Source: the human T2T-CHM13v2.0 reference genome, Homo sapiens
NCBI RefSeq assembly: GCF_009914755.1
Contig: NC_060936.1
DNA: 64,000 nucleotides
Strand: one strand, 5' to 3'
Shown: piece by piece, positions 27,921 to 44,762 of the stretch
Numbering within the stretch: the first letter of the stretch is position 1
How the letters are laid out: every line of letters starts with the position of its first letter
Notes under the pieces: generated by a model
Told to the model about the DNA's origin: nothing
Seen by the model: the letters and a program-made list of their open reading frames with translations, nothing else
Database searches by the model: none
Translations under genes and position numbers: made by a program

Positions 27921-30900
27921 GAAATAGAAAGTGGACTGTGTGGTAACCTTTACATCCTTATATGTATATTAGTTTTATATGTCTTCAGAAATATGTTTTA
28001 GCCATCTTCAGCTGCTGTAAAAGAATAGTTTTCTTGAGAGTAGTGCAAAGATAACTGTGGTGACTATTACTTTCCATCGTTATCCTCTTTTTTTCATATC
28101 TAAAACTTCTCACCTCTTTAAGGTACACACAAATAATAATTTTTTATTTCCCATCTAGTTACAGTCCTCCTTCAGCTTTCATCCCTTTAGTAATAGTTGT
28201 GGTGAATTTTTTCTCCCGAGAAGCCCCTAAAAAGGCGTTCATTTTTACGTAAACAAACAACAGGAGAAAAACATATAAACATGAAAGCAAAATATTTTAC
28301 CTACAGAAATATATTTTCAGCAATCTATTTCTCATGCTATTGTTAAAAATATCTCTGCTTGGATAGAACCTTTTTGTTTCCATGCTGACTTCTTCTTTGC
28401 TTCTCCTGTGAACTTTTTAAATTCTGTGTTTGGCAGCAGTTTTGTTTTCCTTGGAGCTAAGTACTGTGTAACATACTGTTAGCTGAAGGCTGTGATGTAG
28501 AAATTTATTATTAAAAATAAAAGACGGAGAGAAGAATTTATTCCATAAGGATCAAAATGACTTAGTGTCAAAGCAGTTAGGATTTTCAAAATGCTTTCTA
28601 TAACAGATTGTGTTTCTTTTCAAGGAAGTTTACTTTGTTTGCCAGGAATAAATTTAAGGGTCTTCATTGTGCCTATCTTGGTTAATGAGAACTGAGAAGA
28701 GAAGAAACATTCTCTTTTAAAAAAAATTTTTTTTAGAGAATTTCTTCATCAGACGGAAAGATTTTATTTGCCATTTGCAGGCATAACCTTGGTGACCTAT
28801 ATATCCCCAGACCTTCTGGTAAGATGCTTATTAAAATGTCATTACCCAGAGGAGTAATCATAAACTAGCCAGAGGGTATTTTTTATAGATGGTGAGAGAC
28901 AAACATTTTTTTTCTCCCTGAATTAAGTAGTTATGTACTCTTATCAACTAGAATATATTTAAACTTACTTTTATTTATTTTTCCAGTCTCAATCTCTCCC
29001 TCTCTGTTTTATGTTTCTAGCAACTTTATGTAACTAATCTTAAAATCATTAGCATTCCTTCTCCAAAAAGAGTATCATATCATCTTAATAAAGTTTCTCT
29101 TTTCCCAGAATTGCTTAAGTAGCATGCTGCTATTCATTTCTCTTGAAAGTTTAGTCAAAATGAATTATTTTGCAAAAAGGAAAATTCCACAGTTTCTATT
29201 TCTTTTCCTCATTGTCTGTGGCCCATTAACGTCTTTTATCTGCTACTATGATAATGTCAAATGATTACTTTGGTCATCTGCAACTTAACACTAATCTTAT
29301 CTGTTTAATTGAAAGGATGTTTTGACTTTCTCTTTGAAATAATATCAACATCATTTTGCACTTAATTCTGAAATTCATTGACCTCAATGTGCAAGCTGTC
29401 TTCTTTACTATTTATTGTGAATAACCATTTTTTTTTATTTGTTGTAATCACACATCAAGAAAGGGCTAGGGAGATGTCTTTGTGAAACATTTATCCCTAT
29501 GGTTCTGTTTAATAGGAGTACTTACCAGTAGCTAAATGCCTCATTTTATTTTAAATAATCTGTAATATTAAGTCAGTTTATCACACTATGAGTAGTTTTT
29601 TTTAATGGATTCTGACAATATGCTGCTTATTGTAGTCTTTCATCCTTTATCTGAGAACTATGTTTTTATGACAGTAAAATATTTTTTATACAAATAGGAT
29701 AAAAATTCATATGCTGTCATGCGCTAATATGAAGTTTATCCTTACATCTCCCACTCTCCACCCCATGCCCCATCTAGTGGCCAGAATGCTGTAATCGTGG
29801 GAAGGAATAAAGCTCTGACACTATGCAGTCCCTACCCCCATCATTGCCTCTTTCTTTGCATTAAAAAAAAAAAAAAGAAAATACACTGAAATAATAAATG
29901 CTAAATTTTGGCTCAGATTATTTTAATTAGAAATGGAAGTTTAATGATAAACACTTTGTATTCTTCAAATCCAAAAGGAGAAATATCCTGTTTACTTCCT
30001 TTGGTGCTCTTATTGACTGTAGAACATTACAGTATCTCATTTGTCATATGCAGAGTTCATTCTTTTTGAATATATTTCACATAGGATGTAGATTTCTGTA
30101 ACATTTTTTATTACTTTGAAAAAAGTAGCCATAGTGTACATTTTAAAATACTACCACATTCTTGGTCAGCTCATACCTTTCAAATATAATATAAAGATGA
30201 TATTAATATATAAATAAGAATGGAAAAGAATTTCTTTGCCCTGCATATTTCTCAGTTTGTTATATAATGCTAGGAAATAACTCTCTGATACATAACACAC
30301 TTGGCAAATTTTACTGTTTTATGCTTTAAAAGAAAAAGTCAAATTTAGATAGTGAATTTTTTGAAATGCATCTTACAAGCTCTGATTTGCAAATTACCAA
30401 ATTGATCTTATCTTCTGGAGTAAATGATGACCCAAATTAGTCTACATTTTGAGTGTTTTTGTTCTTTGACTAAAATCGTCATCGTTAAGATAATTAATGG
30501 CAGAAGGCAGTGAATTACATGCTTTCCTCATTTTAATTCTGGTCCTACAAAAATGTTTCCTTTTTGACTTACTGTCATCATGAAATATTCTCTCTTAAAT
30601 CAATATATTGTGGATTATAACTTGTGTTTGTAAGATTTATTTACCTCTTTTAGTTGTGATAGGAGAATTTACCACCTTATTTTGATCCTGTTAGTTTAAA
30701 CTCATTAGCAAGGAGGATAACAGTGTTAATAGTCAGCATTTTGTAAATCTTCCAGAAGATTTTGATAAATCATTTCACTAGAAGCCTATTGCTCAATTTA
30801 TTGCCACTTTAAAGTTGCCAAAAATAATGAGCTCATCTTCCTATTTTAATGTAAGGTATTGTCAATGTTTGAAATGTGTCAAGAATTGTTTTTGATAGTT

Positions 30901-31199
30901 CTAGTGAACAACTAATGTTTCTAAATCATACTACTTATTTCATTAGTTAATTATTGCTTGTGAACCATATTATAATCATCTTTAGTATCAATAAATATTT
31001 TTGAGATGATATAATGCCAATAAATCCATAAATTAAAAAATTAAAGCATTAAAGAAATACCTACTATGTAAGCATTCAATTTTATATAATGATTATCTGG
31101 GTCAGTGTACCCAAAATTGTGTGCTAGCCAAACTACAATTAAATCATCATGATAATTCCAAGGCTTAAAACAATTGACTATGTCTGTTAAAAATGAGTA

Positions 31200-31855
31200 G
31201 CTTAAAATTCATTAAATTACTTTGTTATGTTTTTTACCTATTATACTGTGAACATTTCACATGTTCTTTTTTATAAAGGCCTTGGAAGCCAAATTTTAAT
31301 TGCTCTATGGTATCATTTTGTATACCGTAATCTATTGAGTAATTTCCCTTTTGTTGGATAAACAATTAGTAGCACATTATAGTTACTGGATTTTTAGATC
31401 TTAGTTTACTGGTTCAAAGGGTATGAATTTTTAATAATATATGTATTATATATATTTTATATGTGTGTAAATATATATATACAATGTGTATAAATATATA
31501 TTTGTTATATAGTAGCAATATATATGCTTAGTTTACTCCCTGTTTTCCAAATATTCAACATTATTAATTTGCAAATATAATAGGCAATAGTAGTATCTTG
31601 TCATTGTTTATATTGAATTTCTTTTACTTCCAATAAAGTTAAATGTCTTTCCATAGATCTATTTATTTTGTAAGTTGTTCTCACTCTTCCCTCAGTTTTT
31701 TACTAGGGTTGGGATTCTTTCAAATTTGTAAGAACCCTTGATATCTTGAAGATATTATTCTTTACCTAAGTTTACTACAGATATTTTACCAATGTGACAT
31801 TTGTGCAAATACTCTAAAGTTTTATATAGCCAGATCAATTTGTCCTCTTTTGTAA
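31200..31855 (-). mobile_element. Highly degenerate L1M relic; target of the retrocopy insertion (appears to resume after 34860)
   Basis: Weak antisense L1M-like motifs (TAGTATCTTGTCATTGTTT, TTTCAAATTTGTAAGAACCCTTGATAT); boundaries uncertain. Confidence 0.4.
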
Positions 31856-31873
31856 TAAAAAAAAAAAGTCTTT

Positions 31874-31885
31874 AAAAAAAGATTT

Positions 31886-31886
<1 letters not shown>
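31874..31886 (+). repeat. Left target-site duplication of chimeric retrocopy (AAAAAAAGATTTA), preceded by TTT (L1 endonuclease TT/AAAA site)
   Basis: Identical 13-mer at 34847-34859; the last A is also compatible with the 18S sequence. Confidence 0.93.
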
Positions 31887-34846
<2,960 letters not shown>

Positions 34847-34859
34847 AAAAAAAGATTTA
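34847..34859 (+). repeat. Right target-site duplication (AAAAAAAGATTTA)
   Basis: Matches 31874-31886. Confidence 0.93.
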
Positions 34860-34973
34860 GATTTATTTAATTTTTTTTTTATTTCCCAAGATAGGTTGAG
34901 TATTTACCTGGATTTTATTCTATTTTATATTTACAGTTTTGTCTTTTTAAAAATTTGTCTTTTAAATCTATAA

Positions 34974-35291
<318 letters not shown>

Positions 35292-35494
35292 TGAATAATT
35301 CATCAAATACAAAATATTTTTGATGTTTTCTTGCTTATATTTTGTTAGCACACATACGTATATTTATTCCAAATTATTTCATTCATTTGCATTTTTAATG
35401 CTAAACCATTATCCCCAAATTTGGTTAAGTTTTATAATATATCTTAATAACCAGAAAGGTATTTTCATCACTTGTAACATTTTCTAATGGATTC

Positions 35495-35778
35495 CTTTCT
35501 TTTGAGATGGAGTCTCACTTTGTCTCCCAGGCTGGAGTGCAGTGGCGTGCGATCTTGGGTCACTGCAACCTCTGCCTCCCAGGTTCAAGCAATTCCCCCG
35601 CCTCAACCTCCCAAGTAGCTGGGGCTACAGGTGCACACTACCACGCCTGGCTAATTTTTGTACTTTTAGTAGAGACAGGGTTGACCCGTCTGGTCTCGAA
35701 CTCCTCACCACAGGAAATCCGCCCGCCTTGGCTTCCCTAAATACTAGGATTACAGGCATAAGCCACTGCGCCCCGGCC
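35495..35778 (-). mobile_element. AluS, full length
   Basis: TSD TCTAATGGATTC at 35483-35494 and 35779-35790. Confidence 0.92.
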
Positions 35779-35790
35779 TCTAATGGATTC

Positions 35791-36030
35791 TTTTTTATTG
35801 TATATACTTGAGGTGTACAACATAATATTTTGATGTATATTTACAATGTAAAGTAATTACTAAGGTCAAGTAAATTAACATCGATCGTCTCTCATAGTTT
35901 TAACTTTGTGTTTGGTGAAATCACCGAAAATCTACCCTCTTAGCAAACTTCAGCACACTGTATAACATCATGAGGTATAGTTCTCATATTCTGCGTTGTA
36001 TCGCTACACTTATTCATCTGACATAACTGA
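35791..36030 (-). mobile_element. L1MA-like 3' end fragment
   Basis: ATTGTATATACTTGAGGTGTACAACAT...AAAATCTACCCTCTTAGCAAA...CTTATTCATCTGACATAACTG. Confidence 0.7.
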
Positions 36031-37108
36031 TTATATATGTTTATACTCTCCAATGAAATTTATATTCTTTCAAAATTAAAAATACTGTTAGCTTTTGATT
36101 GAAATCTAGTTAAACCTGAAATCTAGTTAAATTTGTTTGAGTAGAATTGAGCACTCAATAGTTTATAGAATTAAGTCTTCTTTACCAGTAGCACTGTATG
36201 TCTTCAGTAAACTTTTACCATTTTCTGTATATGGTTATCAAACATTTCTTGATAATATTCAAAGGCATATTATTTTTGTTGCTATTGTGAACAGTTGTTT
36301 GTTGTTAAGTCTACTTAGGAGTCATTGCTGCTATACAGAAAAGCTAATAACGTACATAAATTCATTTATAGTCCATCTTATTGGTGTGCTAGCTTATTAG
36401 TTGTAAATACTTCTTCAGCTGGTACTGATGACTAATAAGATTACTGACAGATGAATGGAGTTTCATTTCTCTGAGTCAATATCTTTTATTTCCTTAATAT
36501 TCTTAATGTTAAATGTTATTTTCAATAAGTAAATATTCTTCTTTGTAAGCAAGGTAGCTCAGGGCTATTACCACCATAGGAATAACGTGATGATATTTTA
36601 TAGGTTATTATTAAAAATCTACGTTTTGTGACTATGTGGGCATATTTCATATTAAATATTTAATAATTTTACTCTTTAGAACTCTCAAGATTTTTATAGT
36701 TTTGAAGGAGGATTAAAAATTATTGAACTGATTTGGCCTTCTGGTTCTTATCATTTGCGGCAGTAGATTTAACTGCAGTAGTCATTTACCCAGAATATTT
36801 TCTTAAAAAGCTAAAGGCTTAATAATATGCAAATAAAGCTTTACATGGTTTAACATCTATCTAGGATGTTCCTGACAGAGCTACACAGTAGCTTCTTTTA
36901 TCACACAGTGATATTAAAATACTCTCAAAATGATTAGAAGTTGAAATATTAGCTATCAAACCAGGAGTTTGCTACTAATTTAGGTATGTTAATTTATTCA
37001 TGATAGCTATTTAATATATTACTAATAAAGATTGGAACAACCTGATTATTCTTTAAAATAAAGAAGAAAAATGTTTGTCAGGTAAAATAATCATTTAACT
37101 TATTATAA

Positions 37109-37213
<105 letters not shown>

Positions 37214-39155
37214 TAACACTTTCAGCCACGGGTTTTCTAAAACTCAAGAGATAATAAAATGTAGAGCGAGGAAGAGGCAAAATAACCATGCCATTTGTTT
37301 TTATTTAAGTTAACTATAATTAAAGTCTGGATTTCAAATCCCAAAGGCAGATGCCAGGATATTCCTTCTAAGAGCTTTCTGGTATCCCAGATTGGTTGTG
37401 TTTATATGAATATAGATTTTATATTCATCTTGTCTCGGCAGAATACATTTTGATCAGCAACCCACTCTCTTTATTCATTTCCTTTGACAATTTTTCCGTG
37501 TATTTTCTTTTTTCTTCAGCTTCCTGTTTTTGGTTAAATATTTTGAAATATAATCAGACTAAACTCTGAACTAATTACAAGATTTTGTCTCTAAATTAAC
37601 TCTCTTCATCTGAGGGAAACAGAAAGATGAAAGGACCTATTATTTTTGAAAAGAAACAAATTCTAAGTCTTTCTGTATTACCAGAGTGTTTTCATTGTCT
37701 TGCTTTATGTCTTAGGCAAAGAGAAAAGCTTCCATGACGCATTTATGCTTTTTAATGACCTAATTAGACAATGTGGATTTGTTTTGCTTTCATAATTACT
37801 TTCCCTGATGGAATAAAGGCTGAGCTTTACACTGAGAAAATTATTTCTCCTCCTAGAGCACTTTGTGAAGAAATGTAAAAATAATTTCTCTCATGGCAGG
37901 CTATGGTTACCTGACTGTAAACATGCAAAATAAAAATTAAGTGGGTGGAAATTTTTGCTTCTATTGCACACATTTTGCATTTGCTACTAAAAAATATATA
38001 AATTACAAAGGGCAGTTGAATGTGCAATACTGTAAATGAAAGTTCATTGGAAAGTGGGGGCTTCTCCCAAGTGTTTACAAAGCTGATTTGTTCTTGTGTT
38101 GTCATTAAACTTGTGTGAATAACTCTATTTAATTCCGGTCACTAGGAAAACAAAACCAAGTCAATCAATTGTTTTAGTTCACATTTTAATGACTGATTTT
38201 ATTTCTGTCCAGTATCAATTTGATTAGTAAATAATGTAAACCAATTAAATTAGGATCATCTAAAAGAATTTATGCCTTACTTTATTTCCCTCATTCTTAT
38301 CTCCCCTTCATTTTCTCTGAAAACTCTTCCTCTGTACACATCTATAAAATTTTAAATCAAAATTTGCTGCAAGGTCAGTAATGAAGGGATTAAATTAACA
38401 TAGAGTAAATTCTTCATGATTCGAAACCAGTAAAAATGTAAAGATAAGTGCAAATAAGAAGGTCCATGGTTTCTGATGATTGCCACCAAAACATTTTGAT
38501 ATTCAAAACATGCCAAGCAAGTTGTTGAGGACATGTCTCTTCAAAGCAAGGTAGTGTTATATATAGAAAATTATTGTTTAAGATATACATCATTTACTCT
38601 CTATTTTGCTTACTTTGGTATAATTTATCTTCAGGTTTAGATTGGTCACTATGTCAATATAAACTGACAAAAAAAAAAAACCTCACAATTGTACAGTATG
38701 GTTTTTGTTAACTTTCAGTATAAAAAGGACAAAATTTTTAAAATTCCAAATATTGCATATAGCTAGAAAATGTGAGAATTCCACATATAAACAAAAGCTA
38801 TTTTCATAAATAAAATTTGATTATATTTGAAAGCCTGAGGTGGTTCTAAAAAGCAAAAGCATTAAAATCGGCTTGCATGAATTACCATTATCAACATCAA
38901 GTCTTTTTTGGATCTCTTAACCAGCAAAATAGCTATTCTAAATATAGTATACCTTTGTCCCATTTTGATTCCTCAACTCAGATGAAAACTGTCAAAGTAA
39001 AAAACAAACACAACACACCAAAAGATAAGAACAATAAGAACCATAGCAAAAAACATTAAAAAGAAAGAGAATTTCCAAAGAATTTGGAAATTTCAGGTAG
39101 ATAAATTAAGTCTTAAGTAATAACCTCTTATCTGATTTCAATTCCCTGCTGACGA

Positions 39156-39193
<38 letters not shown>

Positions 39194-39197
39194 TAAT
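39156..39197. repeat. (AAT)n microsatellite
   Basis: About 11 perfect units followed by AACAATAAT. Confidence 0.95.
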
Positions 39198-39542
39198 GTT
39201 TTCATGTTTTGGATAATTGATCCCTTCTTTTATTGCTATTATCTCCTTGGTCAATATGTCTAAAGCCTTCCAGCTTTTCAAGGGGAACTTCAGACAAGTT
39301 GCACTTGAACACAGACCTCTTAATAGTTTACTCCAAAGCCTTGCTCAAGTCCCATCTTAGTTAATTTAGAACTGGTTTCTAAGCACTTCCTATGTTTACA
39401 GCACTGTGGTGGGTCTAACTGAAGACAACTGAAAAGACAAGTATACTGCTTTCCAAGAGCTCACAAATTATGGTTGGAAATACAGCAATATTTGTATATA
39501 TAATTCACATATAAGGCAATCTGATAGACGCAACATTACATA

Positions 39543-40200
<658 letters not shown>

Positions 40201-41451
40201 TTACTCCCTAGTAGACTAGGAAATACCTCTGAGAAGTGATGATGTCTGAGGTGTGGCTTTAAGGATGGGTAAGCTTTCGAAAGTACAGAGGAAAAGGTGG
40301 ATGAAAAAGCTTTGGTAAAAGTCTGAACTGAGAAGAGTGTGGGACACCTTTGAATATATGTGAATTTTTTTATAACTTCTGTATAAATGCTTTTGGATGG
40401 CAACTCTTACAGCAATTACTGTGAAGGGATAATCTGGAGAATGCTATACTTTATTGACTAGATAGGCAGAGGAAGTTAAGAGGGTCAAGAGTTTGAAACT
40501 GAGTACTCTAAGAATTAGGACCATTAACACAGAACAGTTTAGATGAAAGATGATGACTTCAGGGTTGGCAATATTAAGTGACAAGTGAAGGTGACAATTC
40601 CAAAATGAAGTTTCAGGCACATACTCGAGGCCTGATTAGAACAAAGGGTGTCAGTTTGGGAATGCTAATCATACAGGAGATAATTGAGCTCCTCCAGTAG
40701 ATAGGCTTCCAGAAAAATATTAAAAGAAAAAACAGAATAAAAGTCTGATTTTTGGAAAATATGCTATAAAGACTAGAAACAAGCTGAGGAGGGAGTTAAT
40801 ATGAGTGTGCATGATCTTACTAGAGACCAGGTGGAGGAGAAATGATTCAGAACCAAAAGTAGTTACACCAAGGAGAGGAATGAAATCACAGACCAAGGTT
40901 CAAGAAAATTAAAAATGTAGCAGATGTCTTTGGGTTTAGTGATTAGGAGGACATTAGTGAACTTTCAAAAAACAGTTTTGAGAAAGAAGTGGTGGAAAGA
41001 AGAATATAGAAGAGAATAGTGTAAGATACCAGAAGAGTCTCTTGGAAGAGCTTTGTTTTAAAAGAAAGTTGGGATTGCAGAAAGAGGTGGCAGCAAGAGT
41101 GATTTATTTATTTACTTACTTATTTGTTTATTTTTAATGCTAAGGTGAGATGTGTGTCTTAATTACTGGCAGATGAAAAGAATTAGTGTGGAAAAGAAAA
41201 CACTGAAAATTCTCAATAGTGAGCTGATTCAGGACCGAGGAAATGGTGCGGTTCAGGGAAGGGAATGTGCTTTCTTCCAGAGTGGTCCTTTTGGCACTTC
41301 TTTATGTGTTTTCCTCGCCGGAAACCCACCCCCACCCCTACCCCATACCAGCCATTTACACTATATCAGAGAAACTGGCCCTGTTTGCAAATGAAATACT
41401 GGATAAATCCACCAAAAAGTACAGATGGGTAAGCTTTGAAAAGAAAGTAGA

Positions 41452-41736
41452 GGCCAGGGGCAGTGGCTCACGCTTGTAATCCCGGCACTTTGGGAGGCCG
41501 AGGCAGGTGGCACCTGAGGTCAGGAGTTTGAGACCAGCCTGACCAAGATGGTGAAACCCCACTTCTACTAAAGATGCAAAAATTAGCCAGGAGTGATGGC
41601 ATGTGACTGTAGTCTCAGCTACTCGCAAGACTGAGACAGAATAGCTTGAGCCCCGGAGGCAGAGGCTGCAGTGAGCCAAGATTGCGCCGCTGCACTCCAG
41701 CCTGGGAGAAAGAGCGAGGCTCTGCTAAAAAAAAAA
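41452..41736 (+). mobile_element. AluS (Sx/Sz-like)
   Basis: Full dimeric Alu with short A tail. Confidence 0.92.
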
Positions 41737-42690
41737 GATATTTCTAATAGAAAGAGAGAAAAGAAAAAATAAGAACAGATATTATAACATTAAAAGGTAT
41801 TATGAACCGATTGACTTCAGTTTTCTTGGTAGGATTGAGGATATAATAGTGAAAAATCTTGAATGCTAGAAAACATATGGAATAAATATTGTTTTAGATA
41901 TCTAAAAAAGGGAACTTGCTTGATTCCTGCCCAGTACAAAGCAGAGAGCTGTGTCAGATGTGAGTGTGCTAGCCTGCAAGATGAATTTTAACATATTTTA
42001 CTTTGATTCGCAAAACATGGATATATGTCAGGTACTTTTTTTTAGCCTTTGAGGAATCAGAAATAGACAAAACGTTGGCATCTAGCAGCATCTAATTTTT
42101 TTTTTAAAGTCAACCTTAATTATTGCTAGGATAGAGTTAAGCTTCCCCTGGCTTCTCCCGGGATACTTAATAAATAAGTGATTTTCTCAAATTTCCCTTT
42201 GTATTTCAAAATTGTATCATATATGCATTATCACAGAATTTAAGATGCACCATTCATATCAAATACTTGTCCTATAGAAAAATACCTATCTCTCTTCTAG
42301 CAAATTCCAACCCTTAATTGCATATGACTTTTTAGACGCAGCAAGAATGTCATTCAAGCTGACTTATATTACTTTATTCTCAGTAATTCTCTTTCATAAT
42401 TTGTCAGCTCACTCATAGCTTTCTGGCTGATTTTTCTTCTTTCTTTTTTTAAAAGTATATAACTCTCAAATAGTAGATCACCCAAATGTAGGAAAGATGC
42501 TAAATGATAAATAAACTTCCAGCAGCATGCAGAACTCCTTTGTCTGGCAGTGTTCCCAGTAATACCAAATGAAGTCAGGGGATGAAATTCTCAGAAGGCA
42601 ATTACTTGTTGTTTTTTCTTCATTTTTATTTTTTATTCTTGAAGGAAAAGTTTTCCAGTGGGAAGTAAAGAGAGGCAACAGAAAATATGC

Positions 42691-42986
42691 TTTTTTTTTT
42701 TTTTTTTGGAGACGGAGTCCGGCTCCGTGCCCAGGCTGGCGTGCAGTGGTGCGATCTCAGCTCACCGCAACCTCTGCCTCCCTGGTTCAGCGATTCTCCT
42801 GCTTCAGCCTCCCAAGGAGCTGGGACCACAGGTGTGCACCACCACGCCCAGCTAATTTTTGTGTTTTTAATAGAGACAGGGTTTCACCATTTTGGCCAGC
42901 ATGATTTCGATCTCCTGACCTCGTGATCCGCCTGCCTCGGCCTCCCAAAGTACTGGGATTACAGGTGTGAGCCACCGTGCCCAGCT
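42691..42986 (-). mobile_element. AluS (Sc-like)
   Basis: CGATCTCCTGACCTCGTGATCCG; TGCTTTTTTTT on both flanks. Confidence 0.92.
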
Positions 42987-44468
42987 GCTTTTTTTTTTGT
43001 TTTTTAAATGCTTAAAAACAGTAGGAGGACATTCCAAGGGGCCAATAATTTACTTATCACTTAGTGGAGGCTCCTTGTGGAAAAGATTAGTTCAATTTGT
43101 GAATTTGTAAACATCCTAACATTTTAATATTCTTGGAACCCTCAGGCCTTTATTTACCAATAGTGAAAAACTAGCAAGTTTTTAGTTATTTAGTATATTA
43201 TTGGTATTTGACTACCAGCCAGACTGTATTAGCTGGACTTAAAAGTACTTACAAGAAACAAATTTTTGTGTTGTCCATCTGGTTTTCAAATGATTGAAGT
43301 CTTTCTTTAGATAATAAAATTCTGGTTTGTATGATTCTAAATAATTCAAGTATTGTGTGTAAAATACTGGAAGATAGCTGAGTATTCCGATGGAAAAAAA
43401 GTGATTAAATGCACACTAGACTATCATCAGTATGCTTACAAATGACCCATGGCCTATTTTGGAGCAGGTCTTTAGTGGTTTAACAAGTCCTGGAGGCAAC
43501 AAATTGTAAAAATTCTAGACTAAAAGCAACTACCTAGATCAGTGAGCCTTTATAGCATAATGTTAAGTCTCAAGGATGAATTTTGATGAGGAGTCATTGT
43601 GCTTTACTTTTTTGTCTGTAATTTCAAGGGAATGGATCTGATTGTAATACCTACTGAAGTTGATTAACCTAATCATTTGCCTACTAATGGCCTGATGCAG
43701 TGACAGGTCACTTCTTTTCTAGGTTAAATCATTTGTTTTTGATAAGAGAATGTGGAGAGAAATTTAAATGCCTTTTCATATTTATCTGGAGTAATGCCAT
43801 ATATATTTATTGAAGTTAATTCCTTTTAATACATTTTGGAAAGATGACCAGCCGTATTTCCCAGGAATTTGTTCCAAGGGATTAATGTGAGCAGATTGGG
43901 AGCTCATTATTACGTCTCTCAAATGTCCGACATGTTACCAGGGAATAATTTATGCCCTAGAGCTAGCTGCCAGTGCTACTTTTTCTACAAACATAGTGTC
44001 TTTCACTTGCATTTCTTCCTCCTTTTTCATTTTTCCATATATCAACCTAACAACTATTAATATTCGTTCAGAAATTTTTCCAATAATTGTTTAACTTTTG
44101 GCAACTCTCCAAAGACAGTTTGGTTTTGGGGTTTTTCGTTTGCTTGTTGTTTTGAGAAATTTGTTTAAATTTTGCTTATACTAACGGGGACCACACAAAA
44201 TATATTTGCCTAGGGCCTCACTTAGTGTAGGGATGGCTTTGTCATTGCATGTAATAGTGACAGGAAGGGACCTAAATATCATATCTATCTTCTCCATTAG
44301 GTCTTCCTATAGATATTTAAAATTTTATCCTTTAGTCAGTTCTGCACTATTGGACAATTATTTTTTACTCTTCCCCCACTCTTTGAAATTGCTTTTATTT
44401 AGTTACTGTTTAGTATTATGTCTTTAATTTGCATTGACAAACTGCAAGACACAGTTTTTAGCAAATCT

Positions 44469-44516
44469 ATCATAGTAGGGATATTGCTGACAATCATAGT
44501 AGGGATATTGCTGACA
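44469..44516. repeat. Perfect 24-bp tandem duplication
   Basis: ATCATAGTAGGGATATTGCTGACA x2. Confidence 0.95.
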
Positions 44517-44629
44517 ATGTCCACAGCACACACAGTGTCAAGAGGATGGGGAGACATTTCTCTCTGTCCTCAGAGAAGGGAAAACAGTGTTTCTCTTTAA
44601 CAACTGAACCCACTAGTATATTAGTTCTC

Positions 44630-44762
44630 TAGCATCCCTGGTCTCTACCTAGTAGAGGCCAGAAACAACACCCTCAGTCCCCAAACTGTGATAAGAAAAA
44701 TGTCTCTAGACATTGTCAAATGTTCCCTGGGAATCAAATTTGCTTCTAGATGAAAACCACTG
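44630..44762. mobile_element. MER20-like hAT terminal fragment
   Basis: AAAAATGTCTCTAGACATTGTCAAATGTTCCCTGGG...GAAAACCACTG. Confidence 0.7.
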
